Assembly (NCBI GenBank): GCA_030620735.1
Contig: JAUXDV010000001.1
Span: 1-32,297, forward strand
Length of the DNA stretch: 32,297 bases
Direction of reading: 5' to 3'
DNA from: Gammaproteobacteria bacterium
GTDB lineage: Bacteria > Pseudomonadota > Gammaproteobacteria > Chromatiales > Chromatiaceae
Shown: piece by piece, positions 23,751 to 32,297 of the stretch
Layout of the letters: each line of letters starts with the position of its first letter
Position numbering within the stretch: the first letter of the stretch is position 1
Notes under the pieces: generated by a model
Databases searched by the model: none
Told to the model about the DNA's origin: nothing
What the model saw: only the letters and a program-made list of their open reading frames with translations
Translations under genes and position numbers: made by a program

Positions 23751-24911
23751 TTGAAACCCACCCTGCCTCCGTTATCGCTCTATATTCACATCCCCTGGTG
23801 TGTGAAAAAATGCCCCTACTGTGACTTCAACTCCCATGTGCTCTCTGCCGATATCGATGCAGAGAGCAATGAGGCCTTCTATGTCGAAGCGCTGTTAAAG
23901 GATCTTTCGACAGAGATCCCCTTGAGCAGTGACCGTGAGCTTGAAAGCATATTTATCGGTGGCGGCACTCCCAGTCTCTTCAGCGCCGCCGCGATCACCC
24001 AACTGCTCGACGGGGTGCGTACACTGATAAAGCTGAAATCCCGGGCGGAGATCACACTGGAGGCGAATCCCGGCGCCGCTGATGCCGCATTTTTTGCCGG
24101 TTACCGTCAGGCAGGCGTCAATCGCCTCTCCATCGGTGTGCAGAGCTTCAATGATGGACATCTTCGCAACATCGGACGTATTCACAGCGCACAACAGGCG
24201 CTGGAGGCATATAAGCTGGCATCAGATGCAGGCTTCCGCAACATCAATCTCGATCTGATGTATGGGCTGCCGGAGCAGTCCATTGACCAGGCGATGGATG
24301 ACCTCAAACAGGCCATTGCCCTGAAGCCACAACATCTCTCCTGGTATCAACTCACCATAGAAGCCAATACGCTCTTCAGCAGCCAGCCTCCCGCTGATTT
24401 ACCCTCTCATGAAAAACTGGCTGAGATCTCCGATGCCGGAATAGCGTTACTGGAAGAGCATGGCTTCAAGCAGTATGAAGTGTCGGCTTTTGCAAGCGGG
24501 GGGCATCAATGCAGGCATAACCTTAACTATTGGCAATTTGGCGACTACATCGGCATAGGAGCTGGCGCACATGGCAAATTGACATCAATGGATGGTCACA
24601 TCAACCGCCGCCGCAAACAGCGCTCTCCTGCGGCTTATGTCGAATCAACCCATTCAGGAGATACGCTCTCCAGTGAAAACCGCTTACAGGATGAGGATCT
24701 GCTGCTGGAATTCATGATGAATGTGCTGCGCCTCAATCAAGGCGTACCTGCAGCTGCTTTTGAGCAGCGCACCGGTCTCTCTCTGCAGGCCATTCAACTG
24801 CGATTGCTGCATGCAAGACGGGCAGGATTGCTGGAACAGGACCCGGAAGTGCTGAGAGCGACAGAGATGGGGCGTACATTTTTAAATAATCTCTTGATAA
24901 TGTTCAGTTAA
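23751..24911 (+). CDS. hemW: radical SAM heme chaperone HemW (YggW; coproporphyrinogen-III-oxidase-like)
   Basis: It uses a TTG start at 23751. LPPLSLYIHIPWCVKKCPYCDFNSH contains the CxxxCxxC motif and is near-identical in pattern to the E. coli HemW N-terminus. It also has IFIGGGTPS and NRLSIGVQSF. Confidence 0.9.
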   Translation: MKPTLPPLSLYIHIPWCVKKCPYCDFNSHVLSADIDAESNEAFYVEALLKDLSTEIPLSSDRELESIFIGGGTPSLFSAAAITQLLDGVRTLIKLKSRAEITLEANPGAADAAFFAGYRQAGVNRLSIGVQSFNDGHLRNIGRIHSAQQALEAYKLASDAGFRNINLDLMYGLPEQSIDQAMDDLKQAIALKPQHLSWYQLTIEANTLFSSQPPADLPSHEKLAEISDAGIALLEEHGFKQYEVSAFASGGHQCRHNLNYWQFGDYIGIGAGAHGKLTSMDGHINRRRKQRSPAAYVESTHSGDTLSSENRLQDEDLLLEFMMNVLRLNQGVPAAAFEQRTGLSLQAIQLRLLHARRAGLLEQDPEVLRATEMGRTFLNNLLIMFS

Positions 24912-25041
24912 GAAGGCTCTGAACGAACCGCTGCGCGCTTCGATCAAAGCCTTCCTGCAAGTATTTCTACGGGGGAAGGGGCGACTGTCGATATGTTGTA
25001 CCTGTCATTCTGTTTACCCTTCCCCCGAACCCCCATCCCCC
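24910..25041 (+). repeat. repeat family B, copy 2
   Basis: It is colinear with 21751-21904. An internal 10-bp inverted repeat pairs GGGGGAAGGG (24971-24980) with CCCTTCCCCC (25017-25026). It starts within the hemW stop codon. Confidence 0.7.
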
Positions 25042-25138
25042 GATTTATTTAGAGCTTGCATAACAACACCTCCTTGACATCTGAGGGCTGAGACAGTCTA
25101 CTTGCGCTGACTCTTTTTTATGCGAAAACAGGACTCTC

Positions 25139-27973
25139 ATGTGGCGTAAGTTATTCCGGCCAAAATGGCGGCATCGAAACCGGGACATTCGTGCTGAAGC
25201 TGTCCAGCTGCTGTCGGCTGACGACCCCAATCTTGTCGAGGTCGTTCGTCAGGATACAGATACCGGGATTCGCCGTCAGGCATTGCGGCGCGTTACTGAT
25301 ATCCAGCTGTTGCTTGATATTGCAGAGAGTGACACTGACGCATCCGTCTCCCGCGCAGCCGGCAGGCGTCTCTGGTACCTGCTTGCACAGAGTGAAGATG
25401 CAGAATCCGTGGAACAGACTCAAAATGTGCTGAAGCAGCATGGCAATAGTGAAATGGCGGAATATCTGCTTCGCCACAGCAAATCCGCCAAAATCCGACT
25501 GCAGGCGCTTGAAGAGATGCAGCAACCTGCGCTGCTCAGTGAGGTCGCGCTGACGGATAGAGACACTAATATCCGGCTGCAGGCGCTGGAACGCATCTCC
25601 AGGCTCTCCACACTGAAGCGCGTTGCAAAGGAATCGCGCGGTAAAAACAAGCGCGTCGCTCGCCGTGCGCGGGAACTGGTAGAGGAACAGACTTTACTGC
25701 AGGAGCAGCCTCGCCTGCAGCAGCAATTGTGCGATAAAATTGAGCACCTTGCTTCACTTCAGCATCCGGATCAAACGATTATGCATCAACTCCGCCAACA
25801 GTGGGAGAAGATTGGGACCGATGCCCCTGCGGAGCTGAAAACCAGATTCAACAACGCTCAACTGCAGATCGGCAAATCCATCGAGGAGTCGCGAAACAGC
25901 AGGGCGCAGCAGGATCATCAGCGCGAACTCTGCGAACAGAGCGACGCACTGCTGCATGATTTAGAGCAGAATGCCAACACGCCGTCACTTAACCTGAATG
26001 AAGTAGAGGCTGCTGAATGGATGCTGCGCAACAGCTGGCAGCAGCTTGAAAAGGATCTTGACGCCGTCAACCCTGCCCTCAAGAGTCGTTTTGCCGAATC
26101 GCAGCAGAGACTTGCACAGCGCCGCGGGCAAATTGGCCAATACCGGAAACTGCACGCACAACAACACGCCATCATTGCGGAGATGCAAAACCTCGCTGGA
26201 AATGACACTCAACTGACAGCATCCCGTGTAAAAGTCATAGAGTCCCGCTGGCATGCACTGAGATCGAAGCCTGATGCCGACATGGAAAAACATTTCCAGC
26301 AGCATCACTCTCAGGCAAAACAACACCTGCAGGCGAACATCGAATCATCAGCAAAACTCGAAGCCGAGCTGGAGCAGCTCCTTCAACAGCTTGGAAATGC
26401 GCTGGATCAGGGGCAACTGAATGCTGCAGGCGCCTCCCGCAGCAAGGCGCAGCACGTTCTGAAGAGACTCGAGAAGCTGGCGACAACGCAGCTGCGGCAG
26501 CACAAGGCATCCTATCATCGCCTGCTGGGACGTTTCTCGGAACTGCAGGACTGGCAGCGTTTCGGCAGCGATCACGTACGTGAAGATCTGATCAGCGAAA
26601 TGCAGCAGCTGATTCAGTCGGGGCTGCCTGCAAGAGAAATTGCCCACAATGTGCGTGATCTGAGAAACAAGTGGCGCCAACTGGATCGTAAAGGCGGCTC
26701 GGCTCCGGAGGCGATCTGGAACAAATTTAATGAGATCGCCGAGCAGGCATATAGCCCCGTCATTGCTGATCAACAGCGGCATCAACAGGAGCAACAGCAG
26801 GCCGCTCAGAGGCGCGCAGAATTCTGTGACCTGCTCATCAAAGAGCATGCGCAAGTTGACTGGTCCACTCCAGACTGGCCGGTGATTGACAAGCGCATAC
26901 AGGAGGCGCGAAAACAGTGGCGCAAGCTGGGTGGAGTCGACTCAAAAGCCTGGAAAAAGCTCAACAAGCGCTTTATCGATGCCGTAAAACCCTTTGAGGA
27001 AAAACTTGGGGAGATACGCGAATCTGAAAAGCTGCGCCGTGTGCGGCTCATCAAACAGGCACAGCGGCTCGTAGAAGAGCCCGATATCGATACTGCCATC
27101 CGGCAGACCAAGGCTGCACAGGAAAACTGGAGGCCACTCGTCAGCGCCAATAAACAGGTGGAACAGCAGCTATGGCAAGAGTTTAAAACTGCAACCGATG
27201 CTGTTTTTGCACGCCGCAGCGCAATGCATGAAAGCGAACAACAGCAGCAGTCAACAAATACCTCTGCCAAAAAAGCGATTTGTGAAAAGCTGCAGCAGCT
27301 GATCACCACTGAACATGAAAGCTGGTCTGCGGCTCGCAAAGAGCGTGATCAATTGGTGGATGAATGGAAAACCATCGGTCCGGCTACCCGCCAGCAATAC
27401 AAATCACTGCAGCAAAAATTCATGGATCTCACGCGTGCGTTTGATGAAGCTGAAAATGCGGCTTCAATCCGGAAAACTCGTCATCGTTTTGAACTGCTGC
27501 TGCAAAAGTCTGAGCTGTGCGACCGAATGGAGCAGCAGCTGTGCAGCCAGGATAGAGATATCAGCACCCGGAGTGAACAGTGGTCTGCACTGCCCGCACT
27601 ACAGCCAGCAATTGAATCCCGCATGCAAAGACGCTATCAGCACATCATCGATGCATTGGAGAATGGCGGTGATACTATCGAACAGCTATGCGCTCAGCGC
27701 AGCAGTAATCTGCAAAACAGCCTGCAACTGTGTCTCGAAATGGAGGTGCTCCTCGATATCGACTCTCCCGAAGCATTCCATGAACAACGCCGTCAATGGC
27801 AGCTTACTCACCTCTCCACTGCCATGACAGGTGGACTCACTCAAAACGAGAGTTCAAATGAGAATGTCAGGCGACTTCTTGAGGAGAGTTGTGTGAATGG
27901 TCCGCTGCCGCAAGAGGATGTCGACACTATCAGGCAGAGAGAGCGAAACATCGTTGCCGCCCTGCTCGAGTGA
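25139..27973 (+). CDS. DUF349 domain-containing protein (944 aa) with N-terminal HEAT-like repeats
   Basis: The body is long, Q/E/R/L-rich and helical. W-x-x-[FL]...F modules recur (EAIWNKFNEIAEQAY, WKKLNKRFIDAVKPF, QQLWQEFKTATDAVF, KSLQQKFMDLTRAF), as in DUF349. The N-terminus carries five D-x-IR-x-[EQ]A[LV] units. Confidence 0.75.
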   Translation: MWRKLFRPKWRHRNRDIRAEAVQLLSADDPNLVEVVRQDTDTGIRRQALRRVTDIQLLLDIAESDTDASVSRAAGRRLWYLLAQSEDAESVEQTQNVLKQHGNSEMAEYLLRHSKSAKIRLQALEEMQQPALLSEVALTDRDTNIRLQALERISRLSTLKRVAKESRGKNKRVARRARELVEEQTLLQEQPRLQQQLCDKIEHLASLQHPDQTIMHQLRQQWEKIGTDAPAELKTRFNNAQLQIGKSIEESRNSRAQQDHQRELCEQSDALLHDLEQNANTPSLNLNEVEAAEWMLRNSWQQLEKDLDAVNPALKSRFAESQQRLAQRRGQIGQYRKLHAQQHAIIAEMQNLAGNDTQLTASRVKVIESRWHALRSKPDADMEKHFQQHHSQAKQHLQANIESSAKLEAELEQLLQQLGNALDQGQLNAAGASRSKAQHVLKRLEKLATTQLRQHKASYHRLLGRFSELQDWQRFGSDHVREDLISEMQQLIQSGLPAREIAHNVRDLRNKWRQLDRKGGSAPEAIWNKFNEIAEQAYSPVIADQQRHQQEQQQAAQRRAEFCDLLIKEHAQVDWSTPDWPVIDKRIQEARKQWRKLGGVDSKAWKKLNKRFIDAVKPFEEKLGEIRESEKLRRVRLIKQAQRLVEEPDIDTAIRQTKAAQENWRPLVSANKQVEQQLWQEFKTATDAVFARRSAMHESEQQQQSTNTSAKKAICEKLQQLITTEHESWSAARKERDQLVDEWKTIGPATRQQYKSLQQKFMDLTRAFDEAENAASIRKTRHRFELLLQKSELCDRMEQQLCSQDRDISTRSEQWSALPALQPAIESRMQRRYQHIIDALENGGDTIEQLCAQRSSNLQNSLQLCLEMEVLLDIDSPEAFHEQRRQWQLTHLSTAMTGGLTQNESSNENVRRLLEESCVNGPLPQEDVDTIRQRERNIVAALLE

Positions 27974-28068
27974 TAGTGATATAATCTCGGACGTTTTTTG
28001 TGAACTCTTCAAGAGAATCATCCTGGGGCTGAAAAGACAGCCTCAATCCACACAATGGAGCAATATAG

Positions 28069-28647
28069 ATGCTAAACAAAGTTATTCCGGGCCTGGCGGC
28101 TCTTCTTCTCATGACCACTGGCGCTGTGTTTGCTGAAGACGCCGCTCCAAAGGAGAAAACCGGGGCTGTAGCCCCTGCGGCGGAGAAAGCTGCAGAGCAA
28201 AAACTTCCGGAGGGAGTCGAGCAATTCAAGGACTGGATCAAAGAGTGTGAAAAGCTCAAGGGTCCCGAGGGTAAAGAGATCGAACTCTGCCAGATCTCAC
28301 AGACGCTCACAAATACAGAGATCAATCAGCCTATGCTGAAAGTCGCCGCCGGCTATGTCCCCGGCAAGGAAGATGCTGTCATGATCCTCACCCTGCCGCT
28401 GGGAGTTATCCTGCCACCGGGCGTTCAACTCACAGTTGGCGAGGGCAAGGCCGCCAGGGTGCCCGTCACAACCTGTCTGCCGCAAGGCTGCCAGGCCGGC
28501 GTGCAACTTGACAAGGAGTTTACAGCGCGCCTGAAAAAAGGGAAGCAGATGATCGTTACATTTCTCGGCCCTGATGGTAAGCAGATCAATGCACCGATCT
28601 CTCTCTCCGGATTTACCGCCGGTATGGACAGCATCAAGCCAAAGTAA
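28069..28647 (+). CDS. invasion-associated locus B (IalB) family periplasmic protein
   Basis: It has a signal peptide (LAALLLMTTGAVFA) and an Ala/Pro/Lys-rich linker. The body is W-x-x-x-C...ILTLPLGVILPPGVQL...TCLPQGCQA, which is characteristic of IalB. Confidence 0.75.
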   Translation: MLNKVIPGLAALLLMTTGAVFAEDAAPKEKTGAVAPAAEKAAEQKLPEGVEQFKDWIKECEKLKGPEGKEIELCQISQTLTNTEINQPMLKVAAGYVPGKEDAVMILTLPLGVILPPGVQLTVGEGKAARVPVTTCLPQGCQAGVQLDKEFTARLKKGKQMIVTFLGPDGKQINAPISLSGFTAGMDSIKPK

Positions 28648-28655
28648 CACCGCTG

Positions 28656-29078
28656 TTATTCACCCTGAACCGTGACCGTCACCCGCCGCTGGTGGGGGCG
28701 GTGGCGGTGCTCCCATAGATAAACCCCCTGCCAGGTTCCAAGCCCCAGTCGCCCCCGCGTCACCGGAAGCGTCAAATCCATACCAGTCAGAATCGAGCGC
28801 ACATGCGCCGGCATATCATCCGGCCCCTCATCCACATGCACGAACATGGGATCGCCATCCGGGGCCAATCGCAGCATAAAAGTCTCCAGATCCCTGCGCA
28901 CATCCGCATCGGCATTTTCACACAGGATCAACGAAGCGCTGGTGTGATGGATAAAGACATGGCACAGGCCGCTGTCGATTCCTGACTCCGCCACCACAGC
29001 AGCGATCTCCGCCGTGATATTTGTCGTACCGCGTCCCCGCGTTTGGAAGTGCAGCTGTTGCTGATGGTTCTTCATCAT
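28656..29078 (-). CDS. yjbQ: YjbQ/UPF0047 family protein (secondary thiamine-phosphate synthase-like)
   Basis: I moved the start to ATG 29076-29078 (MMKNHQQQLHFQTRGRGTTNITAEI...). It has HTSASL, the HVRS motif and a WQGVYLWEHR motif. The 26 upstream codons of the listed ORF are translated REP palindromes (..PKLELG..). Confidence 0.85.
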   Translation of the reverse strand: MMKNHQQQLHFQTRGRGTTNITAEIAAVVAESGIDSGLCHVFIHHTSASLILCENADADVRRDLETFMLRLAPDGDPMFVHVDEGPDDMPAHVRSILTGMDLTLPVTRGRLGLGTWQGVYLWEHRHRPHQRRVTVTVQGE

Positions 29079-29099
29079 CTCTAATCCCGTTGATTTTTT

Positions 29100-29392
29100 C
29101 CGCTGGCGCCCAAGCTCCAGCTTGGGCGCACAACCCTGGAAGCTCCAGCTTCCCATAACTCATCACCAGGCCCGATCCACCTCGATCAAACCTTCCAGCC
29201 CATGATAATCCCGTGCACTGGAGTAACGCCAATGCTCCGACAGTTTGAACCGAAGCTTGAGCTTCGCGAGGTGGGTTCCCAAGCTGGAGCTTGGGAACCA
29301 GATACTTACTCTGCTGGCGCCTGGGAATCCCGCTGGCGCCCAAGCTCCAGCTTGGGCGCACAACCCTGGAAGCTCCAGCTTCCCATATCACA
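29100..29392. repeat. REP palindrome cluster, including a 146-bp direct repeat with a 230-bp period
   Basis: The palindromes share the core AAGCTNNAGCTT. GCGCCCAAGCT-CC-AGCTTGGGCGC occurs at 29106-29129 and 29336-29359. GGAAGCT-CC-AGCTTCC occurs at 29138-29153 and 29368-29383. CGAAGCT-TG-AGCTTCG is at 29251-29266. GGTTCCCAAGCT-GG-AGCTTGGGAACC is at 29274-29299. The segment 29100-29245 is nearly identical to 29330-29475. Confidence 0.9.
29163..29245 (-). pseudogene. duplicated 3' remnant (~27 codons) of the RAYT gene
   Basis: It translates to ..EHWRYSSARDYHGLEGLIEVDRAW*, identical to the C-terminus of the intact RAYT at 29393-29475. Nothing upstream of it resembles the rest of the gene. Confidence 0.85.
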
Positions 29393-29926
29393 TCACCAGG
29401 CCCGATCCACCTCGATCAAACCTTCCAACCCATGATAATCCCGTGCACTGGAGTAACGCCAATGCTCCGGCAGTTCGACATAGCCTCGTTTGACCGGGTT
29501 CTGATGGATGTATTCCAGCTTTTGCCTCATAACAGCTTCGCTCTCGATCAACTGAGGGTGGCTTCCCTCTTCCCAAACCTGGTAGGTCGATGCTGTTTTG
29601 TGCCGCCGCTTGAATAGCGCCAGTAGCTCCAGCATCCGTTGAGAGCGTCTCTTTTGAAGCAGCAGTAATATCTCGCGCGCCGTCCAGGATTTGAAGCGCT
29701 GGATATCCCGCCCCAGATCGGAGGAGGCTGCAACCATGTGCAGATGGTTCTCCAGAATCACATAGCCGTAAAGGGTGAAATCTGACTCCTGTTGCAGATA
29801 ACGCCAGGAGTCGAGAAGGATTTGCACCGTCTCCGGTCGGGTAAACAGGGGCAGCCAGTTATTGACCGTTGCGGTGAGAAAGTGAGGCGCCTGGGCATCA
29901 GTAATTTTATAGCGGCTTCTCGGCAT
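29393..29926 (-). CDS. REP-associated tyrosine transposase (RAYT; IS200/IS605 Y1-transposase-like)
   Basis: I moved the start to ATG 29924-29926, preceded by GGAAGGA. The sequence starts MPRSRYKITDAQAPHFLTATVNNWLPLF. It has the HUH motif in VILENHLHMVA and the catalytic-Tyr region LEYIHQNPVKRG. REP palindromes flank it on both sides. Confidence 0.85.
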   Translation of the reverse strand: MPRSRYKITDAQAPHFLTATVNNWLPLFTRPETVQILLDSWRYLQQESDFTLYGYVILENHLHMVAASSDLGRDIQRFKSWTAREILLLLQKRRSQRMLELLALFKRRHKTASTYQVWEEGSHPQLIESEAVMRQKLEYIHQNPVKRGYVELPEHWRYSSARDYHGLEGLIEVDRAW

Positions 29927-29948
29927 GATCTGGTTCCTTCCCTGGAAT

Positions 29949-30035
29949 CGAAGCTGGAGCTTTGCAATGCGGGTTCCCAAGCTGGAGCTTGGGAACCAGG
30001 TATTCTGCTGGCGCCCAAGCTCCAGCCTGGGCCGC
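29949..30035. repeat. REP palindrome cluster upstream of RAYT
   Basis: It contains CGAAGCT-GG-AGCTTTG (29949-29964) and GGTTCCCAAGCT-GG-AGCTTGGGAACC (29972-29997). A degenerate GGCGCCCAAGCTCCAGCCTGGGCCGC lies at 30010-30035. The order is colinear with 29251-29360. Confidence 0.9.
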
Positions 30036-30140
30036 GATGCAGAAAATTCTATCAGATCAGTGCGCAGGTGTCATGGTGGATGCGCTATCATAACTCCCAA
30101 TCACCGCAAGCCAACAGGTTACTTCAAGCAGGGAACATTC

Positions 30141-32231
30141 ATGGCGGCTAATTCACAATCACTGCAGGAGTTGCCAGTGACCACGTTGAAAGGTGTGGGG
30201 CCACGCATTGCCGAGCGTCTTGCTGGGCTTGGTATCGAGAGTGTTCAGGACATCCTGTTTCACCTGCCGCTACGCTATCAGGATCGCACCCGGGTCTACC
30301 CGCTTGGCGCCGTGCGCCCCGGCGAGCATGTGGTGATCGAGGCGAGCGTCGATCATGCCCAGATTCGTTTTGGACGCCGCCGCTCGCTGCTGGTGCAGGT
30401 CAGCGACAGCACTGGCACACTGGTGCTGCGTTTTTTCTACTTCTCCAATGCGCAAAAAGAGTCCTTTCGAAACGGCGTACGGCTGCGCTGCTTCGGCGAG
30501 ATCCGCAACGGGCCAGCCAGCTATGAGATCGTTCATCCCGAGTACTCCCTGCTCAAGGAGGATCAGGAGATAGAGGTCGATGATACCCTGACTCCTGTTT
30601 ACCCCTCCACAGAAGGGCTGCAGCAGCGCACCTGGCTTGAGTTGACGAAACAGGCCCTGGCACTGCTCGAGAACGGCGCACTGTTGACTGAACTGCTGCC
30701 GCCATCTCTCGATCTACTGCTGTCACAGCCGCTTGCCGGGGCGCTGCAACTGCTGCATCGTCCTCCTCCCGACATCTCGCTTGAAGATCTGCTGGAGGGG
30801 GCGCATCCTGCTCAGCAGCGCCTGGTCTTCGAGGAACTTCTCGCCCATCAGCTGAGCCTGCTGCAGATGCGCAGGCAGCAGCGCCGGCATCCTGCGCCCG
30901 CAATCGATGCGCAGGCTCCTCTTGCTGATCAGTTACTGAATAATTTACCTTTCTGTTTGACTGCCGCCCAACAGCGCGTGCTCGACGAGATCACTTCTGA
31001 CATGACGCTGCCCCACCCGATGCAGCGCCTGGTGCAGGGTGATGTCGGCTCAGGCAAGACCGTCGTTGCCGCCCTGGCCGCACTGCAGGCCATCAGCAGC
31101 GGCTATCAGACTGTGATCATGGCGCCGACCGAGCTGCTTGCCGAGCAGCATCTCAACAGCCTGCAGCAGTGGCTGCAACCACTGGGCGTAGCGTTAGTGT
31201 CGCTGTCGGGAAGCCACAAGGGCAAGGCGCGTGCGCAGCGCCTGGAACAGATTTCCAGCGGCGAAGCGCGCCTGATTATTGGCACACATGCACTCTTTCA
31301 AAGCGGCGTTCAATTCCACTCGCTTGGCCTGGTGGTGATCGACGAACAGCACCGCTTCGGCGTGCATCAACGCCTGGCGCTGCGGCAAAAAGGCGAGGCC
31401 GATGGCCTGCTGCCGCACCAGCTGATCATGACGGCCACGCCGATCCCTCGCACCCTGGCCATGACAGCCTATGCTGATCTTGATCTCTCTGTCATCGACG
31501 AACTCCCTCCGGGTCGCATTCCTGTAACAACCGTGGTGCTCTCCGATAACCGCCGGGACGAGGTCATCGAACGTGTCCGTGATGCCTGTCAGCAAGGCAG
31601 ACAGGCCTACTGGGTATGCACCCTGATCGAGGAGTCTGATGCCCTGCAGGCACAGGCGGCGGAAGATACTGCGCAACAGCTGCAACAGCAGCTGTCTCAA
31701 TTAAAGATTGCGCTGGTGCACGGACGCATGAATGCGACTCAGAAAGAGACGGCAATGAGTTCTTTCAAGGCGGGAGAAACCAATCTGCTGGTCGCCACGA
31801 CTGTCATCGAGGTTGGCGTGGACGTACCCAATGCCAGCCTCATGATCATCGAAAATCCCGAACGCCTGGGTCTGGCACAGTTGCACCAGCTGCGCGGGCG
31901 TGTCGGCCGGGGATCAGAGCAGAGCCACTGCGTGCTGCTTTACCATCCACCACTGGGCCAGCAATCGCGTCAACGTCTTGCAGTGATGCGCGACAGCAGC
32001 GACGGCTTTAAAATTGCACAAAAAGATCTGGAAATTCGCGGCCCCGGCGAAGTGCTGGGAACACGCCAGACCGGTGAACTGCAGTTTCGCATCGCCGATG
32101 TGGTGCGCGATCAAGAACTGCTGGCCCGCGTTCAACATGCAGCAACGGAGGTGCACACAAAGCATCCGCAGGCTGTCGCGCCATTGATTCAGCGCTGGAT
32201 CGGCCACAAGGTGCAGTACAGGGGGGTTTGA
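30141..32231 (+). CDS. recG: ATP-dependent DNA helicase RecG
   Basis: I moved the start to ATG 30141 (MAANSQSLQELPVTTLKGVGPRIAERLAGLGIESVQDILFHLPLRYQDRT). Helicase motifs are present: GDVGSGKT, DEQHRFGV, TATPIPRT and QLHQLRGRVGRG. The 72 upstream codons of the listed ORF are REP-derived. Confidence 0.95.
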   Translation: MAANSQSLQELPVTTLKGVGPRIAERLAGLGIESVQDILFHLPLRYQDRTRVYPLGAVRPGEHVVIEASVDHAQIRFGRRRSLLVQVSDSTGTLVLRFFYFSNAQKESFRNGVRLRCFGEIRNGPASYEIVHPEYSLLKEDQEIEVDDTLTPVYPSTEGLQQRTWLELTKQALALLENGALLTELLPPSLDLLLSQPLAGALQLLHRPPPDISLEDLLEGAHPAQQRLVFEELLAHQLSLLQMRRQQRRHPAPAIDAQAPLADQLLNNLPFCLTAAQQRVLDEITSDMTLPHPMQRLVQGDVGSGKTVVAALAALQAISSGYQTVIMAPTELLAEQHLNSLQQWLQPLGVALVSLSGSHKGKARAQRLEQISSGEARLIIGTHALFQSGVQFHSLGLVVIDEQHRFGVHQRLALRQKGEADGLLPHQLIMTATPIPRTLAMTAYADLDLSVIDELPPGRIPVTTVVLSDNRRDEVIERVRDACQQGRQAYWVCTLIEESDALQAQAAEDTAQQLQQQLSQLKIALVHGRMNATQKETAMSSFKAGETNLLVATTVIEVGVDVPNASLMIIENPERLGLAQLHQLRGRVGRGSEQSHCVLLYHPPLGQQSRQRLAVMRDSSDGFKIAQKDLEIRGPGEVLGTRQTGELQFRIADVVRDQELLARVQHAATEVHTKHPQAVAPLIQRWIGHKVQYRGV

Positions 32232-32297
32232 GAGAGTAGTGAGTAGCGAGGACTGAGGAACGAGTAGTTTATTGACTAACCACAGATAAACACGGTT
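32232..32297 (+). repeat. start of a repeat-rich intergenic segment, truncated by the window end
   Basis: GAGTAG-type short repeats are present (GAGAGTAGTGAGTAGCGAGGACTGAGGAACGAGTAG). They are followed by AACCACAGATAAACACGG, which resembles 8053-8070. Confidence 0.5.

Noticed and set aside
29100-30035. A CRISPR array, given many short palindromic repeats in a small region.
   Set aside because: The repeats are of several types, in both orientations, and irregularly spaced, without unique spacers of constant length. A RAYT gene sits in the middle, so this is a REP/REPtron organisation.
29925-30140. N-terminal extensions in the ORF track: recG (72 codons), yjbQ (29079-29156) and RAYT (29927-29980).
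   Set aside because: These stretches translate REP palindromes (PKLELG, AGAWEP, SSSLG). Internal ATGs with Shine-Dalgarno sequences give N-termini that match the known families.

Overview
The window reads as a chromosomal segment of a gammaproteobacterium; hand counts of sample lines give about 55-58% G+C. It is dominated by conserved housekeeping synteny.

Gene order:
- A sucrose cluster: a sucrose-phosphorylase-like 3' end, spp, and convergent sps.
- dapF-DUF484-xerC, joined by ATGA overlaps.
- An OYE reductase, DUF302 and DUF3592.
- A divergent Pat-type protein acetyltransferase and HDAC-family deacetylase pair.
- lptM-lysA. lptM is too short for the ORF track.
- ygfB-pepP-ubiH-ubiI, divergent from zapB-like-zapA-ssrS (6S RNA)-ygfA.
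- An orphan Tat-signal TRAP binding protein, hemW, a 944-aa DUF349 protein, an IalB-family protein, yjbQ, a REP-associated tyrosine transposase (RAYT), and recG.

Two accessory parts stand out:
1. A low-GC island of about 2 kb (~3.4-5.5 kb) lies between sps and xerC. It holds an IS200-type tnpA stub. It also holds same-strand genes separated by two ~90-nt sites with integron attC architecture. The genes are a small membrane ORF, brnT/brnA, and a GNAT. No integrase is present, so it looks like a CALIN-type cassette array.
2. A REPtron lies at 29.1-30.0 kb. An intact RAYT is flanked by AAGCTNNAGCTT-core palindromes. Beside it is a 230-bp-period tandem duplicate that retains only the last ~27 RAYT codons.

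The intergenic DNA is also unusually rich in unrelated small repeat families:
- a 165-bp MITE, two copies
- a ~150-bp family, two copies
- AGGTTTT heptamer arrays
- several long palindromes

Some of these repeats overlap stop codons or start regions of core genes.

All functional calls rest on my recognition of motifs in the supplied translations. No database search was run.
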